This document shows positions 10,935-24,800 of a stretch of 64,000 nucleotides of DNA, piece after piece. Positions within the stretch are counted from its first letter, which is position 1. Each line of letters begins with the position of its first letter. Below the pieces are notes generated by a model. It made no database searches. It had not been told where the DNA came from and saw only the letters and a program-made list of their open reading frames with translations. The DNA is from Paraspadella gotoi (Eukaryota > Animalia > Chaetognatha). The stretch lies in NCBI GenBank assembly GCA_051294375.1, contig CM119269.1:6123919-6187918 (forward strand). Direction: 5' to 3'. Position numbers and translations under genes: made by a program.

Positions 10935-13461
10935 TTTCGATCCCTCAGTCATCACAAAACCCTTCATCTCAACTCCACCCCAACCCGACGCCCTCCCCAC
11001 CCGCCTCCCAGGTGAGGCACAAAGGCGCCTCTCCCGGCGGAATGAGAATTCGTCGAAGCGACTCACCATTTTCGCATAATAATAATCTGGTTGCGGTGAG
11101 GCGAGAAATGGGGGAGGGGGATTGGGGGTGTGGAGGGCGGTGGGGGGTGGAGGGATGCGGGGGAAGAGGGAAGAGGGAAGAAGAACGTCAGAAGAATCAG
11201 AATGAAAGAAGAATTAGATATATTTTTAATACATTGAAAGTAAAACAAGCAAAAAAAAAAAAGAACAAACATTTCAAACCTCAAGCCAAGGATTGAGAAT
11301 ACACTTGAAATACAGCATTGTAGTCTAAACAGCGTGGAGTTCACCGAGAGTTCCACACAAGCTTCATATTTTTTAAAAGATACCAGAGGCTTTCTGACCC
11401 AAGGAATGGAAGATTTCCTCGGCGACTTACGGAGGCACGAACCCGTACATCCACGGGAAGGATGAGGAGAGAAGTCGAATACCGCTACGAAGGAATGTAA
11501 TTATCACCAAGTGAAAAAAAAATCATGCAATGAAATAAGGTAAAGAGAAAATGAAATGAGATGAAATGAAGGAATATGAAAAAAATATACATATATATAT
11601 AATGTATATATAAAAAATATTCCACCAGTTCATCAGCAAAAAGGCCTTTGTCGATAAATGATGGTGAATATGAAGATATGAGGGTGAATCTTTTCTCTGA
11701 ATCTCTTCTCTTTATCGATGATGAATCGAAAAAAAAGAAAATAGATTCAGCCTGAATCTGAGGGAAGAAAATGAATCGAAAGGAGAAAATCGAATCGCGA
11801 AAGACGGAAATCCTGAGGCCGAGAAAGAGACGAGCGGGTGAGGGAAGAGTAGGAGGGAAGTGGGAGTTGGAAAGGTGGGAAGTCGAGGTAGGAGGTGGTT
11901 AGGTGGTTATGTTGAAGGTGGGAGGCGTGGCAGATGCAATCTCCTTGAAAGATTCGAAGATGGATGGTGAAGAGAAGCGCAGGTGCAAGGGGATGGACAC
12001 CTCGGTCACTGTACAAATCCAGGAAATGATCGGTTGCAGGGGATTGACAGGTGTTGGCAATGGACAGGTGCAGGGATGGACAGTGGACAGGTGTAAGGAA
12101 TGGACAGTAGAGTGGATTGAATGGTGAGGATTCGGGGTGAAACATACAAAAGGAGATCGGCGGAATTTAAAAGTCAGAGTGGAAATTCTGAGGCGTGGAT
12201 TGAGGTGAAGTCATTGAATATTGATGGGATTATCAAAAGAAACGAGATCCTTCGATCCGAGATGCCCTCTGCCGACGGGACACGCCCACCGTCGCGCGTC
12301 ATCCGCTACCTTCTGACCCGTCCCGCCCTCTCTCGAGCGTTCTCACTCACTCCTTCACTCACTCCGTCACTCACTTCGTCACTCACTCCGTCACCTCAAC
12401 GAATAAAACAAGAAGTGAAGATTCGCAGCCTTTGTCGTCGTTATCAACGTCGTCGTCGTCCTCGTTGTCGTTGTTATTGACGTCGTCGTCCTCGTCGTCG
12501 TCGTCGTTATCGACGTCGTCGTCGTTGTCGTCGTCGTAATGGTCGTCGTCCTTCTTTGTATGGTTTGTTGTTGTTGTTGTTGTTGTTATTGTCAGTTTTC
12601 AATTCCTCAATCGACGTCAGAATAAAAAAAAATATTTCACTTGACGATCTTCACTTTTTTCTCGTCTTCGTCTCGTTTCACTTTTTTCCGTCTAATTTCA
12701 TTTCACTCGTCTGGACTTCCGATGGCGGCGATCGCCCTCACAATTTCACACTCACGTTAATAACCCGACATTCACAGTTTCACGTTAACGTTTTGCTTTT
12801 TTACCTTTTTACTTTCACAATTTCACATTCACGTTTCCAGACAGAAAAAAATCGTTTAGTCGCGCGGAGGCGTAATTAGAGAACCAGAGAAAGAGAGTGG
12901 CAGGTGGGCACAGTATTAATAGTATTAATGTGTAAGCATAATGAATAAAACTTACGAAACTACTATTCGGATCATTACAAAGGGCTCAATGGCTCGTGAG
13001 CCCAACTGTCGTCGTTTCTCACATAAAATCACAAATGGTCCTTCGTATTGTCGAGTACATAAATCGCGACCTCACCTGTTCCTAACCCGGAACCTTTTTC
13101 GCACATCATCTTCTCCTATTCAGCTCCGTTGCTGAACCTCCCTTGCACCTACCCTGCATCTCCCCAGCACCTTCTCGCCGTCGCTTCCGCTCCCAAGGTA
13201 ACAGGTGGCAAAAGTTTTTTCACGATCCGATTTCCGGGGTTTATTCGGAATTTTTTTAAAAAAATTTTATTCACAATTTTCTCGACTTCGAGGAAAAATA
13301 TTTTTTCTTCGAATAGAAAAAAAAGAATTAAAAGTCCGGCCGTCTGCTACAGTTTCTTAAAGTAGTTCATTCTTCATGGAATCCCATGAGTAGAATTGCT
13401 AGCTTATTACTCCAGCTAAAATAAAATCACGTCCAATTTAAAATTCAATATTTAAATATAT

Positions 13462-13718
13462 TGTGGCAGCAAGACTTAAAGCTGCCTCACTGCTGTCCGT
13501 CCTCAGCCTCGTCTCAATGGCTGAGCAGGCTAAAATCATCTCATTCCATGCGTGCGTCCCGGGTTCAATCCCTGGGTATCCCGGTTCTGGCTTAAATGTG
13601 ACGGTGCCGGTATAAACATGCCAGTGACAGGAGGCGGTCACTGAGGGTCCGCAGCCCCTACGCCAGTTGGTGAGATACCCTCGCCCCGGGTATCACAGGC
13701 TATCCTCCCGTTGCCATA
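13462..13718 (+). mobile_element. tRNA-promoter-containing solo-LTR-like element (family L, copy A)
   Basis: Termini TGTGGCA...TGCCATA with ATAT duplication (13458-61, 13719-22). A-box tggctgagcagg and B-box gggttcaatccc; 3' half shared with copies B, C and D. Confidence 0.8.
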
Positions 13719-16700
13719 ATATTCTATTAAGGATATACGTAAATGACTCCAGATTCAAGAACTATATCTCTCGATCCCTGACGTCCCATTGCTCCGTTTC
13801 AATTATTTCTAAAAGAAATAATGAAATGGATTTGTTGCGAGGAAAGAGAAGAGAGACGACGATGATGATGATCGATATCCGCTAAAATGGATGGGTCTCT
13901 CGGGAGCGAGGAATCTCCTTTGAGCGAAGGAAATTTTTTTTTTTTATCGAAATCCTCAGTGGAAAAATCCCAACGCTCAATGCAACGCCAAAAGGGCACT
14001 CCCAACTCCTTTAGGCCACTTTCAGCTTCTAAGGGCCAACTTTAAACTACGAAAGGCCTTTTTCAACTTCGAAAGACGACTACTAATCGGATAACACCAT
14101 ATTTGAAGTGAAAAATATTCTCAACTTCTAAATTTTTATTTTAAAACTATGTCAAACACTATGAGGCCGCTTTTGTTGTCTAACTCGTATTGTAAAAGCC
14201 ATCACAAGCCTTTGATTTTCAAACTCCCAGCGCCATCTCTAAATTGTCAAACCACCAACGCCATATCTATTGTCATACTCCAAAAGCCATTTCGATTGTC
14301 CGAATGCAAAAGCCATCTCTATTGTTCAACTTTAAACGTGAATGCGTCAGCGACGACTTTTCCGACCATCAGATTCGCTTGACCGACGGCGTCGCTGCCT
14401 CCGCCAATTCCTCACTTTACTCGCGCCACTTGCGCCAAAGCCACGCCCATCGTTCCCCCCCCCCGCATTCCTTGCCTTCTCTCCTGCTCACTACCAACGA
14501 CCAATTCCCTCTTTTGGGTCAGGTTTAACTCCCAGTAGGGTGTTTCAGATAGAGAATTAATAATGAAAAAAAATGGTAATAATAATAATAATAATTATAT
14601 AACTTCGACAAAAGTGTAGAAATAGTGAAATATAATTAGAATTATTAATTATAGCTATAAATAATACCTAATAACATTGTGATTGTATCTTTTTTATTAC
14701 GTTGATCAGAAAACCTCAAAATTATTCACATTTAATTTCTTCGCTACTTCTCTGCCCCTTTCCTTTAACTCCCCGTCTCACCTCTCCTTCCTATTTTCCC
14801 TCTCTATTTTCCTCTTTCTTCTCTTTTTCATTCTCACCCTTTCATCTGCATCTCCCCAACACACTTCACTTGTCTCCGTCTTCTCTTTTTTTTCTTCTCT
14901 TTTGTCCTCCCTATCTTTTTTCCAGTCCCTTTAGGTCTCAAAACTCTTTCCCTCTTTCGTTCCTTCTCTCAACCAACCGCCCCCAGCCAACCCCCCCCCA
15001 ACTGCCACGCCCACCCCAACTCCTAAATCTCGGGGGGAAGATTCGGTCTTTGAAATATGACGACGGCGTCCGAACCTCGGAACGACATCAATCTCGGCGC
15101 TGGCGACGCCTAGCGCGGGGGGCGTCGTCGTTTCCGGCGTCGTCGTCCTTTCCGGCGTTGTCATTGTCGTTGTCATCGTCGTTGTCATCATCGTTTGCGG
15201 CGTGCTCGTCGTATTTGTCGTCGGCGTCATCGCTTTTCTGACGTCGTCGTCGTCGTCGTCATCGTTGTGGTCTCTTTCGTCAATTTCCCGAGAGCGTCAC
15301 TGTCCGACAAAGGCGGTCGCCGAGGGGGCGTTCTATTCTCTTCTTCGTCGTCCAGAGTGGACGAGGACCGCAGGACCTCGTTGGACAACATTTTCGCCGA
15401 GAGAGGATCTCTTGTCTTTGTTCCCTCGTGTTTTTCTTCTATAGTCGGTTTAAACCAAGGAACGAGAAAAAAAAAGAACATTTTTAGCTACACTTCTAGT
15501 ATATTCGTTTGCTTCTCTCGTTAAACTTTGTACTGTGCTATAAACGGGAAAAAAAATTGCCAGTTATTTCGTCATATATTTTCTAGATGACATTAACAGT
15601 GGTAAAGAATTAACAGAGAGATTTTTTTCATAAATAACAATATTTTACAAATTGAGTATTGAGAGAGAGAGGGAGAGGGAGAGAGAGAGAGAGAGAAAGA
15701 TGAAGAAAAAGAGAGATAAATATGAGGTCGGATGAAACATAAGGGCAAAAATTTATAAATAGAGAGAGAGAAAAAGAACCCAAATGACATTAATTAATCT
15801 AAGCCTAACATCACTCTAATATAAACGGTAATTAAAAACGATCGATGGATATAATCTTAATTAAAAGTTTTATTAAACAAATCGTAAATATAAGTTAAAA
15901 TCAAATTCTAAATATTCAACAAGTTTTTTTTTCCAAAATTGCATTAACTCAATTGCTTGTTGGACATGTAAACTAAAATTAAAATTGCTTAGAATCCAAC
16001 ATAAACACAGAAAACTTAAATTAAACGTTGTATACATGTAACAAGAAATACAATAAAAACTTAATTTTTGCTCGGATCAAATTAGTCGGGCTAAGATGGC
16101 GCCCATGACGACGACGCCAGCGACGTGAGCGCCACCAACGGCGCCACATTTTTTGTATTCGTCTCTTTTGTTCCGGGAAGCAGACTGTCTCACAATCGAG
16201 TTCACATATCGCCCTCGTTTCACCTGAGAGAAAATAAAACTCACCTAGTCATTTGTTTTTCCAAGAAATAAATATAAACAAAATCTAAGTAATTTTTTCT
16301 AAACCTAATTCATAATTTAATCCGAAAAGCGAGAAAACAAGTTCGAGCAAACAGTGACGGACCTGCCCACGATAATTATTGTTATCATTATTGCTTCTGC
16401 TTGAGTTTTTGGTGGTAAACGACCATCTCTACGAAATGACCCGTTTCAGAGTCGTGTTTTGATTTGATCTGTTGACGGACGGACGGACGGACATCTTTTT
16501 TTTTTGCATAATTTTTCATAATTCGATGTATTGACATGATAAAAATGATTATCGACAAGATTTTTGGGGTGGACCGGCGGACCGACAAAGTGAATTATAG
16601 AGTCGGAATCTGATGATAAAAACTTGATCCATAAAAACTCACCTCACGTCACCTCATATTTTTTTCTCTCACTCTTCTTTTTCACCGTCGTGATGTCTTC

Positions 16701-18939
16701 TTTATATTTATATTTATATGTTTATATCTTTCTCTCATCAGAGCGAACTTGACTTGAAAGGCATTCGTCCAACAAGGAACTACCTCACTCTCAAAGCTGC
16801 CTTATGGAGCAGACAACAATTCTTTGCCAGAATGTTGTTTAAAAACTGTGGGGAAAGATAGAGGAAGAGAGGGAGAGAAGGGGAAGGGGTGCAGGGGATT
16901 TGGGCACCCCGCGCATCCGTCGTCGTCCACCTTCACTCACTATTCTCCCCCACCCTCCACCATCCTTCCCCACTCCCACCCACCAACTTTCGATTCCACC
17001 CACAGTCCCAAACTCCCCCACTGATCCCCTTTCTGGAAGAACGATCAAACGCGACGATATCTCTTTCTTTTCAACGCCTCGCTTGCTCGCAGTTCCGAGT
17101 TGCGGCCTTGACTGAATGCCAAAACAATTATTGCTGATAACAAACATGTAGTTGTAAGGCATCGTTTATCCTCAATATCTTTTTTAACTTTTTTCACTAT
17201 CAATCGCGCAAGTCAATTATCTTTCCTGACGTATTTACTTCCAACCTCTCTATACGTATACAAATATAAAAAATTAAACTTTTTTACCACGACAATATGC
17301 AAATTGAGATTGGTAAACTCAATCTCATTTTGAAACGACCCCCTTTGCTAAATTTACTGCTTTTTTTTTTCAAAGCTACTCCCTTAAACTCACTCTCCGC
17401 CCTTGCTCAGTGACCTCCTCTTACCCCAACTCCTTCCCGCCTCTCACCCTCTCGCCATAATCATCCCAACGCCCCCCCCCCGACCTTTCTCCCTCTCGCC
17501 TCTCGCCAACGCCGTCATTTTGAAGGCAGACATTTTTAAAACCCCTCGAGGGACCCGATTTCAGCCTGAATGAGTTACGACGACGACGACGACGACGAAA
17601 ACGACGACGTTGCAAAAGACGACATTTCAGAAGGCGTAACCGACGAACCAGCCGACATTGCCGACACCCGTTTGACATCGAAAACGACATCAGAGCAGAC
17701 GAGAGGATTATCAGAGCAAAATCTGAAATGAAAATGCAATGCAGACTGCAATTACGATCAACGACAAATTTCGTTTAGTTTAGCAATAAATTCGTGATTT
17801 ATTCGTTAGTTGACTTCTACATATCATATGCATGGCAAAATTAAATGATAAAACCGAAATCGCGAAGAACATTATTCAAAACATTGACGACGATATCGAC
17901 CTCGAAAAAGAAGACGACGACGACGACGACAAGGTAATGGGGTCAACGCAACGGGCGATAGAAAAAAAAAATTTCTTGTGTGGAGAAAATGTGATCTTTT
18001 ACTACGAAACCAGCCAAGCGAAAATCCTCAATTTTTTTCCCCCTTTTTTCGTTTTGTATTCATGACGTAATTTTAGATCAGCGAGAAAAATATTTTAAGA
18101 CGTCGCTAAAAAAGATCGACCCGTTTAAAATGATTTAAGCCGAGTTTAGGTTTTTTATATAATTTAAGATTTTTTGTGTCAAGTGACCTTTCACATGTTT
18201 TTGTTTCGCCTTTTGATATTAGAGACTTAGAATTAAGAATAGTAATATTGTGCTTGTAAATTAATTATAAATTATACGATTGTTATAATTAGTTTTGAGA
18301 TTATGAGATTATTTTGAGATTTTTAGATTAAAGTTTTTCGAATCCGTACTAACAAAAACCCAAGTCCGTTACATATATACTAAAATACATACATACATTT
18401 AAAAACTTTGTCAAAATGTCGTACTTGATTTACTGTCCAACTTAACGTTCAGGTTTACGAGACCTTGGGGTCACAGATGGGAAAAAGGAAGGAAGAGAAA
18501 AAGGAGAGAACGAGAAAGCAAATTGAAGCGGAAAAAAAAAAGAAGCGATGATATTTTGGGCAGATATTGGCAAATCACGATCATATCACTATCACAAATT
18601 GGCAACGAGGACGCGATGATGATATTTTTATTTAGTTGTCGAATGTGAAGAATTTTTGGTCACATATCATAACGAATCACGAATAATTATAACATCGGAG
18701 TCATCGTTGAGTCTTTCTACCAAGAATAGACGGCGTAGTAATTGTCATAACCGCGTTCCGCCGTTCTTATCTTCTTTTCTCCGAACTTCTTCTACTTCTT
18801 CTATTTCTCCTTTTTCTTTTTTTTATTTTCTTCTTCTTCTTCTTCTTCGAGCGAAGGGTGCTAAGGAAATCCTTCACCCTTTACTCAGGGTCTCGACATT
18901 TATGGCTTCTTTCTCCTCACATCCTTTTTCCTTCCGCTG

Positions 18940-18970
<31 letters not shown>

Positions 18971-19549
18971 GCGCTTTTTTTTAGTGGAACATTGCCAATA
19001 CTGTTTAGCACATAGTTTACATGGAACACTGCACGGCGCACTGTCTAATTAGTACCGACAGCAAAATATTAGCCGTAAAAATTCCGAGAAAAAGTAAGAA
19101 AATATTTCAAATCGATGCATAAAATGAATTAAAGACAAAAAACATAAAAATTGTCATCTACAAATTCTTTTATATTATTGGCATGAAAAGACCAAATCAA
19201 ACTATTAACTGCTAAATCTTCTGCCAAAATCATGACTGAAAAAAATAAAAAAATTAGTAGAATATTATAGCAAATAATTTTTCGAAGCATTAATATTTTT
19301 TTTTCCTACATTGCCATCTTTGCAAGAAAACCTCAATGATCCAACGAGTTTGGGATAATGGAGAAAAATGAAAGAAAAAAGAAAATAAATGGATAAAAAA
19401 TGAAAAGAAACGGAAAGAAAATGAAAAGACATGTTGGCGAAAGCCGTCGAGAAATGGAGGATTTTAGTTTCTACGGAGAGGAAATGATATGAATGGGAGA
19501 AAGGACAGCCGAAATGGCGTTGAGGGCAGGGAGAAGAAATGCTCGAAAT

Positions 19550-19562
19550 GAGAGAGTGAGAG

Positions 19563-19619
<57 letters not shown>
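19550..19619. repeat. (GA)n microsatellite
   Basis: Interrupted GA run followed closely by a consensus donor aag|gtaaga. Confidence 0.9.
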
Positions 19620-20415
19620 CAAACGCAAGGTAAGAAGGTCACAAGACGCTGCCACTAACACTGACCCAAATGACCTCGAGTTCGACTCAGTGACCCATTT
19701 TTCTGTTTTTCCTTAATTCGGCTGAGTGAGTTTTTTCGAGGTAAAGGTCTACGGAGAACTCGTGGAGGATATTCACGCCTACACATGATTCTCACGGAAT
19801 GTGATACGCTCTCCAGTAATCATCACAAGATGATACTAGTTTTTGACAGTATTTTCTCACCAACTGCTAACCGACACTCTCACTAGCTATCGCTTACTCA
19901 CACAATTCGCATTTATTTTCATTATAGCCTATCACAACCTTTACCGTGCAATTTACTGTCCTCGTATCATTCGCTTCGGAAGGTGAGGAACGTTTATATT
20001 ATAATTGATGTTATATTATATTATATTATTTATCAAGCTCAGCGAATTTGGGGTCGAAGCGAAATGACTTATTTATTCTCGAATTAAAACTTATTTATAA
20101 TCAGTAATGATCAGTTTATTTATTATTTTCTTTCTTTCTTTCTTTCCACTATCTTTCTTTCTTTCCACTATCTTTCTTCTTTTCCTTTCTCCTCTCTTTT
20201 CTTTCTTTTAGCTCGCGCTGCCCTTTCCTTCCTCTCGCAGACGACTGGTCGCGCTATCGTAATTCTCTTGAGATTTAGGGGCAGAGCGCGATCTTTGAAC
20301 GACGCCGCCGGCCGCCACCGCTCGCCGCCGTCCGACCGCCTGGTCACGCCCCTTCACCGAAAAGACGTTACCGCGACGCCGCTTTTTCTTCTTTTCCGTT
20401 TCCGAGGTAGAGTGA

Positions 20416-20417
20416 AG

Positions 20418-20471
<54 letters not shown>

Positions 20472-20472
20472 G

Positions 20473-20554
<82 letters not shown>

Positions 20555-20559
20555 AGAGA
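20416..20559. repeat. (GA)n microsatellite
   Basis: Long interrupted GA run. Confidence 0.95.
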
Positions 20560-21302
20560 CGATCTTCCTTTTTCGGTCCTCGGGTCTCGGAAAATTACTA
20601 TCGTAAAAGCCATTCATTTTCGGGAGAGAATTTAGAGCAGCGTCGGAAGAAGGCTGCCCTAAGCGAGGATTTGCCGGTGCGGTGATTTTCCGACGGCAGA
20701 TTCGCGCCCTATAATGAGACATTTGCCGGGGCTACAATTTTGCGAGAAAGGTTGGAGGTCCATATTTAATTTTTTACAAAAGACGCTCGAATTTCTGGAT
20801 AACATTTAAACAATAGATAATGATATACTATCTCAAAATAAAAATTAAAAGTATTAAGTAAATATTCCTGCATTGTTTAAACAATAAACATTTTTCAACT
20901 ACAATGCAAGAATATTTACTTAATAGTTTTACTTTATATTTTGAGATAAAGACTTATTAAAGTATTAAAGCATGATTAAAGTATAGCATGATCAATTGTT
21001 TAAATGTTCTCCAGAATTTCGAGCGTAATGGTCGACAGATGTCGCACACAATTAAGAATTTTAAGATGTGCGGAAAATAAAAGACTACGCGAATAGTTGC
21101 TTCGAGAATGGCATCAAGATCTGATCGCTTCTTGCCTCTGAATCTTAATTGTAACTTTCGTTTTTGAAGTACATCGCAATCGTAAAACAATGATCCATTG
21201 CCGGCTATGCAATCACAGAGATATTTGAATTCAGAATAAAATTATAATAATAATTATAAACCAGTACGTAACGAAAAATTAAAAAAAGGAAGAAAATAAA
21301 AA

Positions 21303-21317
21303 GAGAGAGAGAGAAAG

Positions 21318-21410
<93 letters not shown>

Positions 21411-21418
21411 GAGAAGAG
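21303..21418. repeat. (GA)n microsatellite
   Basis: Long interrupted GA run just upstream of the MCT gene. Confidence 0.95.
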
Positions 21419-21825
21419 CACCATGCACGCGGCTTCCAAGCAAGAGCGCTATGACATTGAGGGAGATCGAACCGAACGTCCGGTTGACTGAATATCCGCT
21501 AAATACCACGCGTACGCGAACATAGTTTCAAACAAGTTATTCATTAACATATCTTTTTAAATCCATTTTTCATTTTTAAATCGGAAAAGTGTAGTCATCC
21601 AATTATATAATTTCTAATTTGTTTCGCTCCTCAGTAGAAACCCCGCTTAGCGAAGACTAATACGGAGAAAATAATTGCAACCGGCGTTTGGGGTCTTCAG
21701 CCAATTCGATCGTCGACGACATGATCCAGACTCCGGTCGAAGAGACCGACGCCTCTATCGACATCGTCGTCGGTCGGGGAAGCGAGAAAACGTGAGGAAG
21801 GATGTAGGAAAAATCGAAAAAAGAA

Positions 21826-24800
21826 ATGTCGGACCACGATCAGAGGTCAGCTCAACTTTTGTAAAATATTTTTTAACAATATTAATAATAATAAAACAAT
21901 TAACAGAACGGCGACGGGAGCAGAGACTTCGTCGATTTTGGGTCCCAACGAGAAGAATCTCGATTTGGTTTTGCTCACGACTCAAGGAGAATCGACGGAA
22001 GTAAATGAAAAATCGAAATAAACAAACAAAACAACTATTGACTCGACGATCCCTTTCTTAGTTAAAGGCCGTCAAGGAAGATGTCTTCGTTCCGCCTCCG
22101 CCTCCGGATGGCGGCTACGGTTGGCTCGTCGTCGTAAGCTCCTTTCTCATCAATGTCCTCTGCGACGGCACTTGCTTCTCCTTTGCCATCTTCTTCAACG
22201 ACATCGGAGAATATTACGGTTCGTTTGCATTGTGGACGAACATAGCATAACATAGCCTTTTTTTTTTGGTGACTTCGTTATCGATGCATTTTATGAGAGT
22301 TTGATCCTGGTGTTCCTCTTTTTGGGTTAATTAGTTAAATTTTACTGTTGTATGCAGTTTAAAAAGTGGGACGACGGTTCCAACTATTGCATTACGTCTG
22401 TTCGTAGTACAGCTAATAGCTGTCTTGCTCTCAGGCGAAAAGGAAAGCACCGTGGCGTGGGTGGGTTCGAGCCTCCTCGGATGCTATCTCTTAGTCGGGC
22501 CTTTCGCCGGCTCGTTGACGAACCGCTTTGGATGTCGCGTCGTCTGCATCAGCGGCGCAGTGGTCACTTGCGTCGCTTTCTTCTTCTCTCAATTCTCGCC
22601 AAATGTTTACGTCCTTATTGTACTGTGAGTGTGCAAAAAGTAAAAAAAAATAATATGAATTGGAATTTATATGTTCTTCTCTTGCAGATACGGCGTTGTC
22701 GGCGGTCTAGGAATGGGTCTTTGCTATTTGACCTCTGTGGTCGTCGTGGGTCTTTACTTTGAAAAACGCCGCGCGACGGGTATGGACAAAGGCAGCGTCG
22801 ACTAACCTATGTCTTTGCCGAGTTAATCACTTTCACAAATCCCTTTGTCACCCCCAACGCAGCCACCGGTATCTCCGTGTGCGGATCGGGCGTCGGCTGC
22901 TTCGTCGTGGCGCCCGTCATGTCCATTCTTAATGACCATTACGGATGGCGCGGATCCTTCATGATATCCGGCGCCATTATGCTCAACCTCGCCGTTTGCG
23001 GCGCCCTCTTCCGTCCTTTGGCCTCCTTCGCCGGAGAGAAGAAGAAGACCAACGTTTTTGAGCTGGAGGTAGGATTGATAAGGATCGCAGTTTAGCTTGT
23101 ACTGTAACCAAGGTTTGAAGAGGAGCAGAGTTGTGGTTTTTTAACGACAAATTGAAATTGATCCTTTACCGAATTGTTCGTATCTTTTGCATAATCAAAA
23201 AGAGCAATCAACTTTAAAAAAATGCTTTTTTGTTTATCGCCTAAAGAACAATCAATTTAATCTTCCTTCACCTTCCCCCCTCCTCCACCAGAGACCCCCT
23301 TCAAAAATCGTCCCCGACGTTAACTCCAATTCCGATCTCGTACCACACGCCCCCACTCGTCAAGACTCTGAATGTTCCGACCTTTCGTCCTTTTTCGGAT
23401 CTCGAAACTCTTTCCACCAGTCAGCGCTGCTGGCGCACTCCAAGATGCTCGTCATGGAGACGCTGCCCGAAGTCGACGACGTCAACCGGTCGGCGGCGTC
23501 GCGAGCATCGGCGTTGGCCAAGAAACGCCAGCGCGCCGTCTCGGAGAGCGTCGATATCAAAAGGCCCGCGAGCCTTTCGCGGGTCGCGTCTTTGTCGGGG
23601 GCGCCGCAACGACAAGCTGGCGCCACGGACGCGGCGATGGCAGTTGACGGCAGAGTAGGACAGGAGACTCGGTCGCCGGAGAGAGAAAAGGCTGGGAAGA
23701 GGGAAGATGATGTTTTCGGGAAAAGCGTTCAGATTAACTATGGGCCAGCGCCGAAAAGGTTGACGGCAGGAGTTAAATGGAATTTTAAAAATATTTAAAT
23801 TTGAAGATGACTAGGATTTTAATTTTAAAGTAATGACTTATAGGCTTGTGGAGGCGAACCGGCAAACGGCGACCGTTGCTGCCAACCTGACCAACTACTT
23901 CTTGGTTGAGAATGAAGGACAGAAATCAAGTTATTGGCGAAAGAAGGAACGGCATCTGCCTGGAGGTTGAAAAGGCCGAACTGGGACCGAAATCGACGTT
24001 TCTTTCGGAAAGGGAAAATTTTTTAACTTATATCCTTACGAAATCCTAGGCAGCCAGTTTTCGTTACACGCCATCCCAACCAACGTGTCCCTCAAGTGGA
24101 TCGAGAGCGTCGGGAATCTCCCGCATCCCGAAGTCGTGATGAAGTACAGAGCGCCGCCTATTCAGAGAACCGCTTCTGTGCTCACGAAAGGTGGAAGCTT
24201 TTTTGAGCCCATAGCTCTACTCTGACTATTATCTATTAAAAGTATTATGTTATGTCAACGGGGAGACATGTGTGATGCTCGGGTGTGAGGCATCTCCCGA
24301 CAGCTGTCGCTCAGGGTTTTGGACCTGCAGTGACCACCCGATGTCACTGGCGTTTTTATGCCAACACCATCACACTTAACCAGTAAGGCGTAGTAAAATT
24401 TCTAAATTTAACTTTAATTAAAATTCTAAAAGTGAGGAACGAACAACATTATATTAATGAACATTTATTTAATAAAAAATTTATAATAAATTTTACAATT
24501 TACGAAGTAGGCCATATTTATACTAGTACTAAACCAATAAATGTTAAAATTTCAAAACAGTTTTGTCTAATATTTTTTTGCAGATTTGGATTCGTCATAA
24601 AAAGTTAATAAAAAGAAATATAACTCTCTTTGAAAAATTCCTTCATTAAATGGGTCAAAAATTATAAAAAGCTATATTTTAAGCTGAAAATTAACTTTTT
24701 ATATATTAAATATAGTTTTTTTAATTTTTAACCCACTTAATGAAAGAATTTTTAAAAATGATTTATATTTTCTTTTATCAACTTTTTACAAGGAATTCAA

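Noticed and set aside
13505-13580. tRNA gene
   Set aside because: A and B boxes are present but there is no cloverleaf; it is embedded in a dispersed repeat with TSDs.
14931-15481. Minus-strand ORFs with a Thr-rich stretch and DVVPRFGRR (RFamide-like motif)
   Set aside because: A single motif in ACG-repeat-derived sequence; no signal-peptide exon or consistent frame could be assembled.
16076-16223. Possible minus-strand terminal exon with a hydrophobic GPI-like end
   Set aside because: No upstream exons or homology found; it overlaps a plausible plus-strand mini-exon.
301-21509. Many SLSLSL / ERERER / poly-R ORFs in the ORF track
   Set aside because: They are translations of (CT)n, (GA)n and (GTC)n microsatellites with no domain or splice support.
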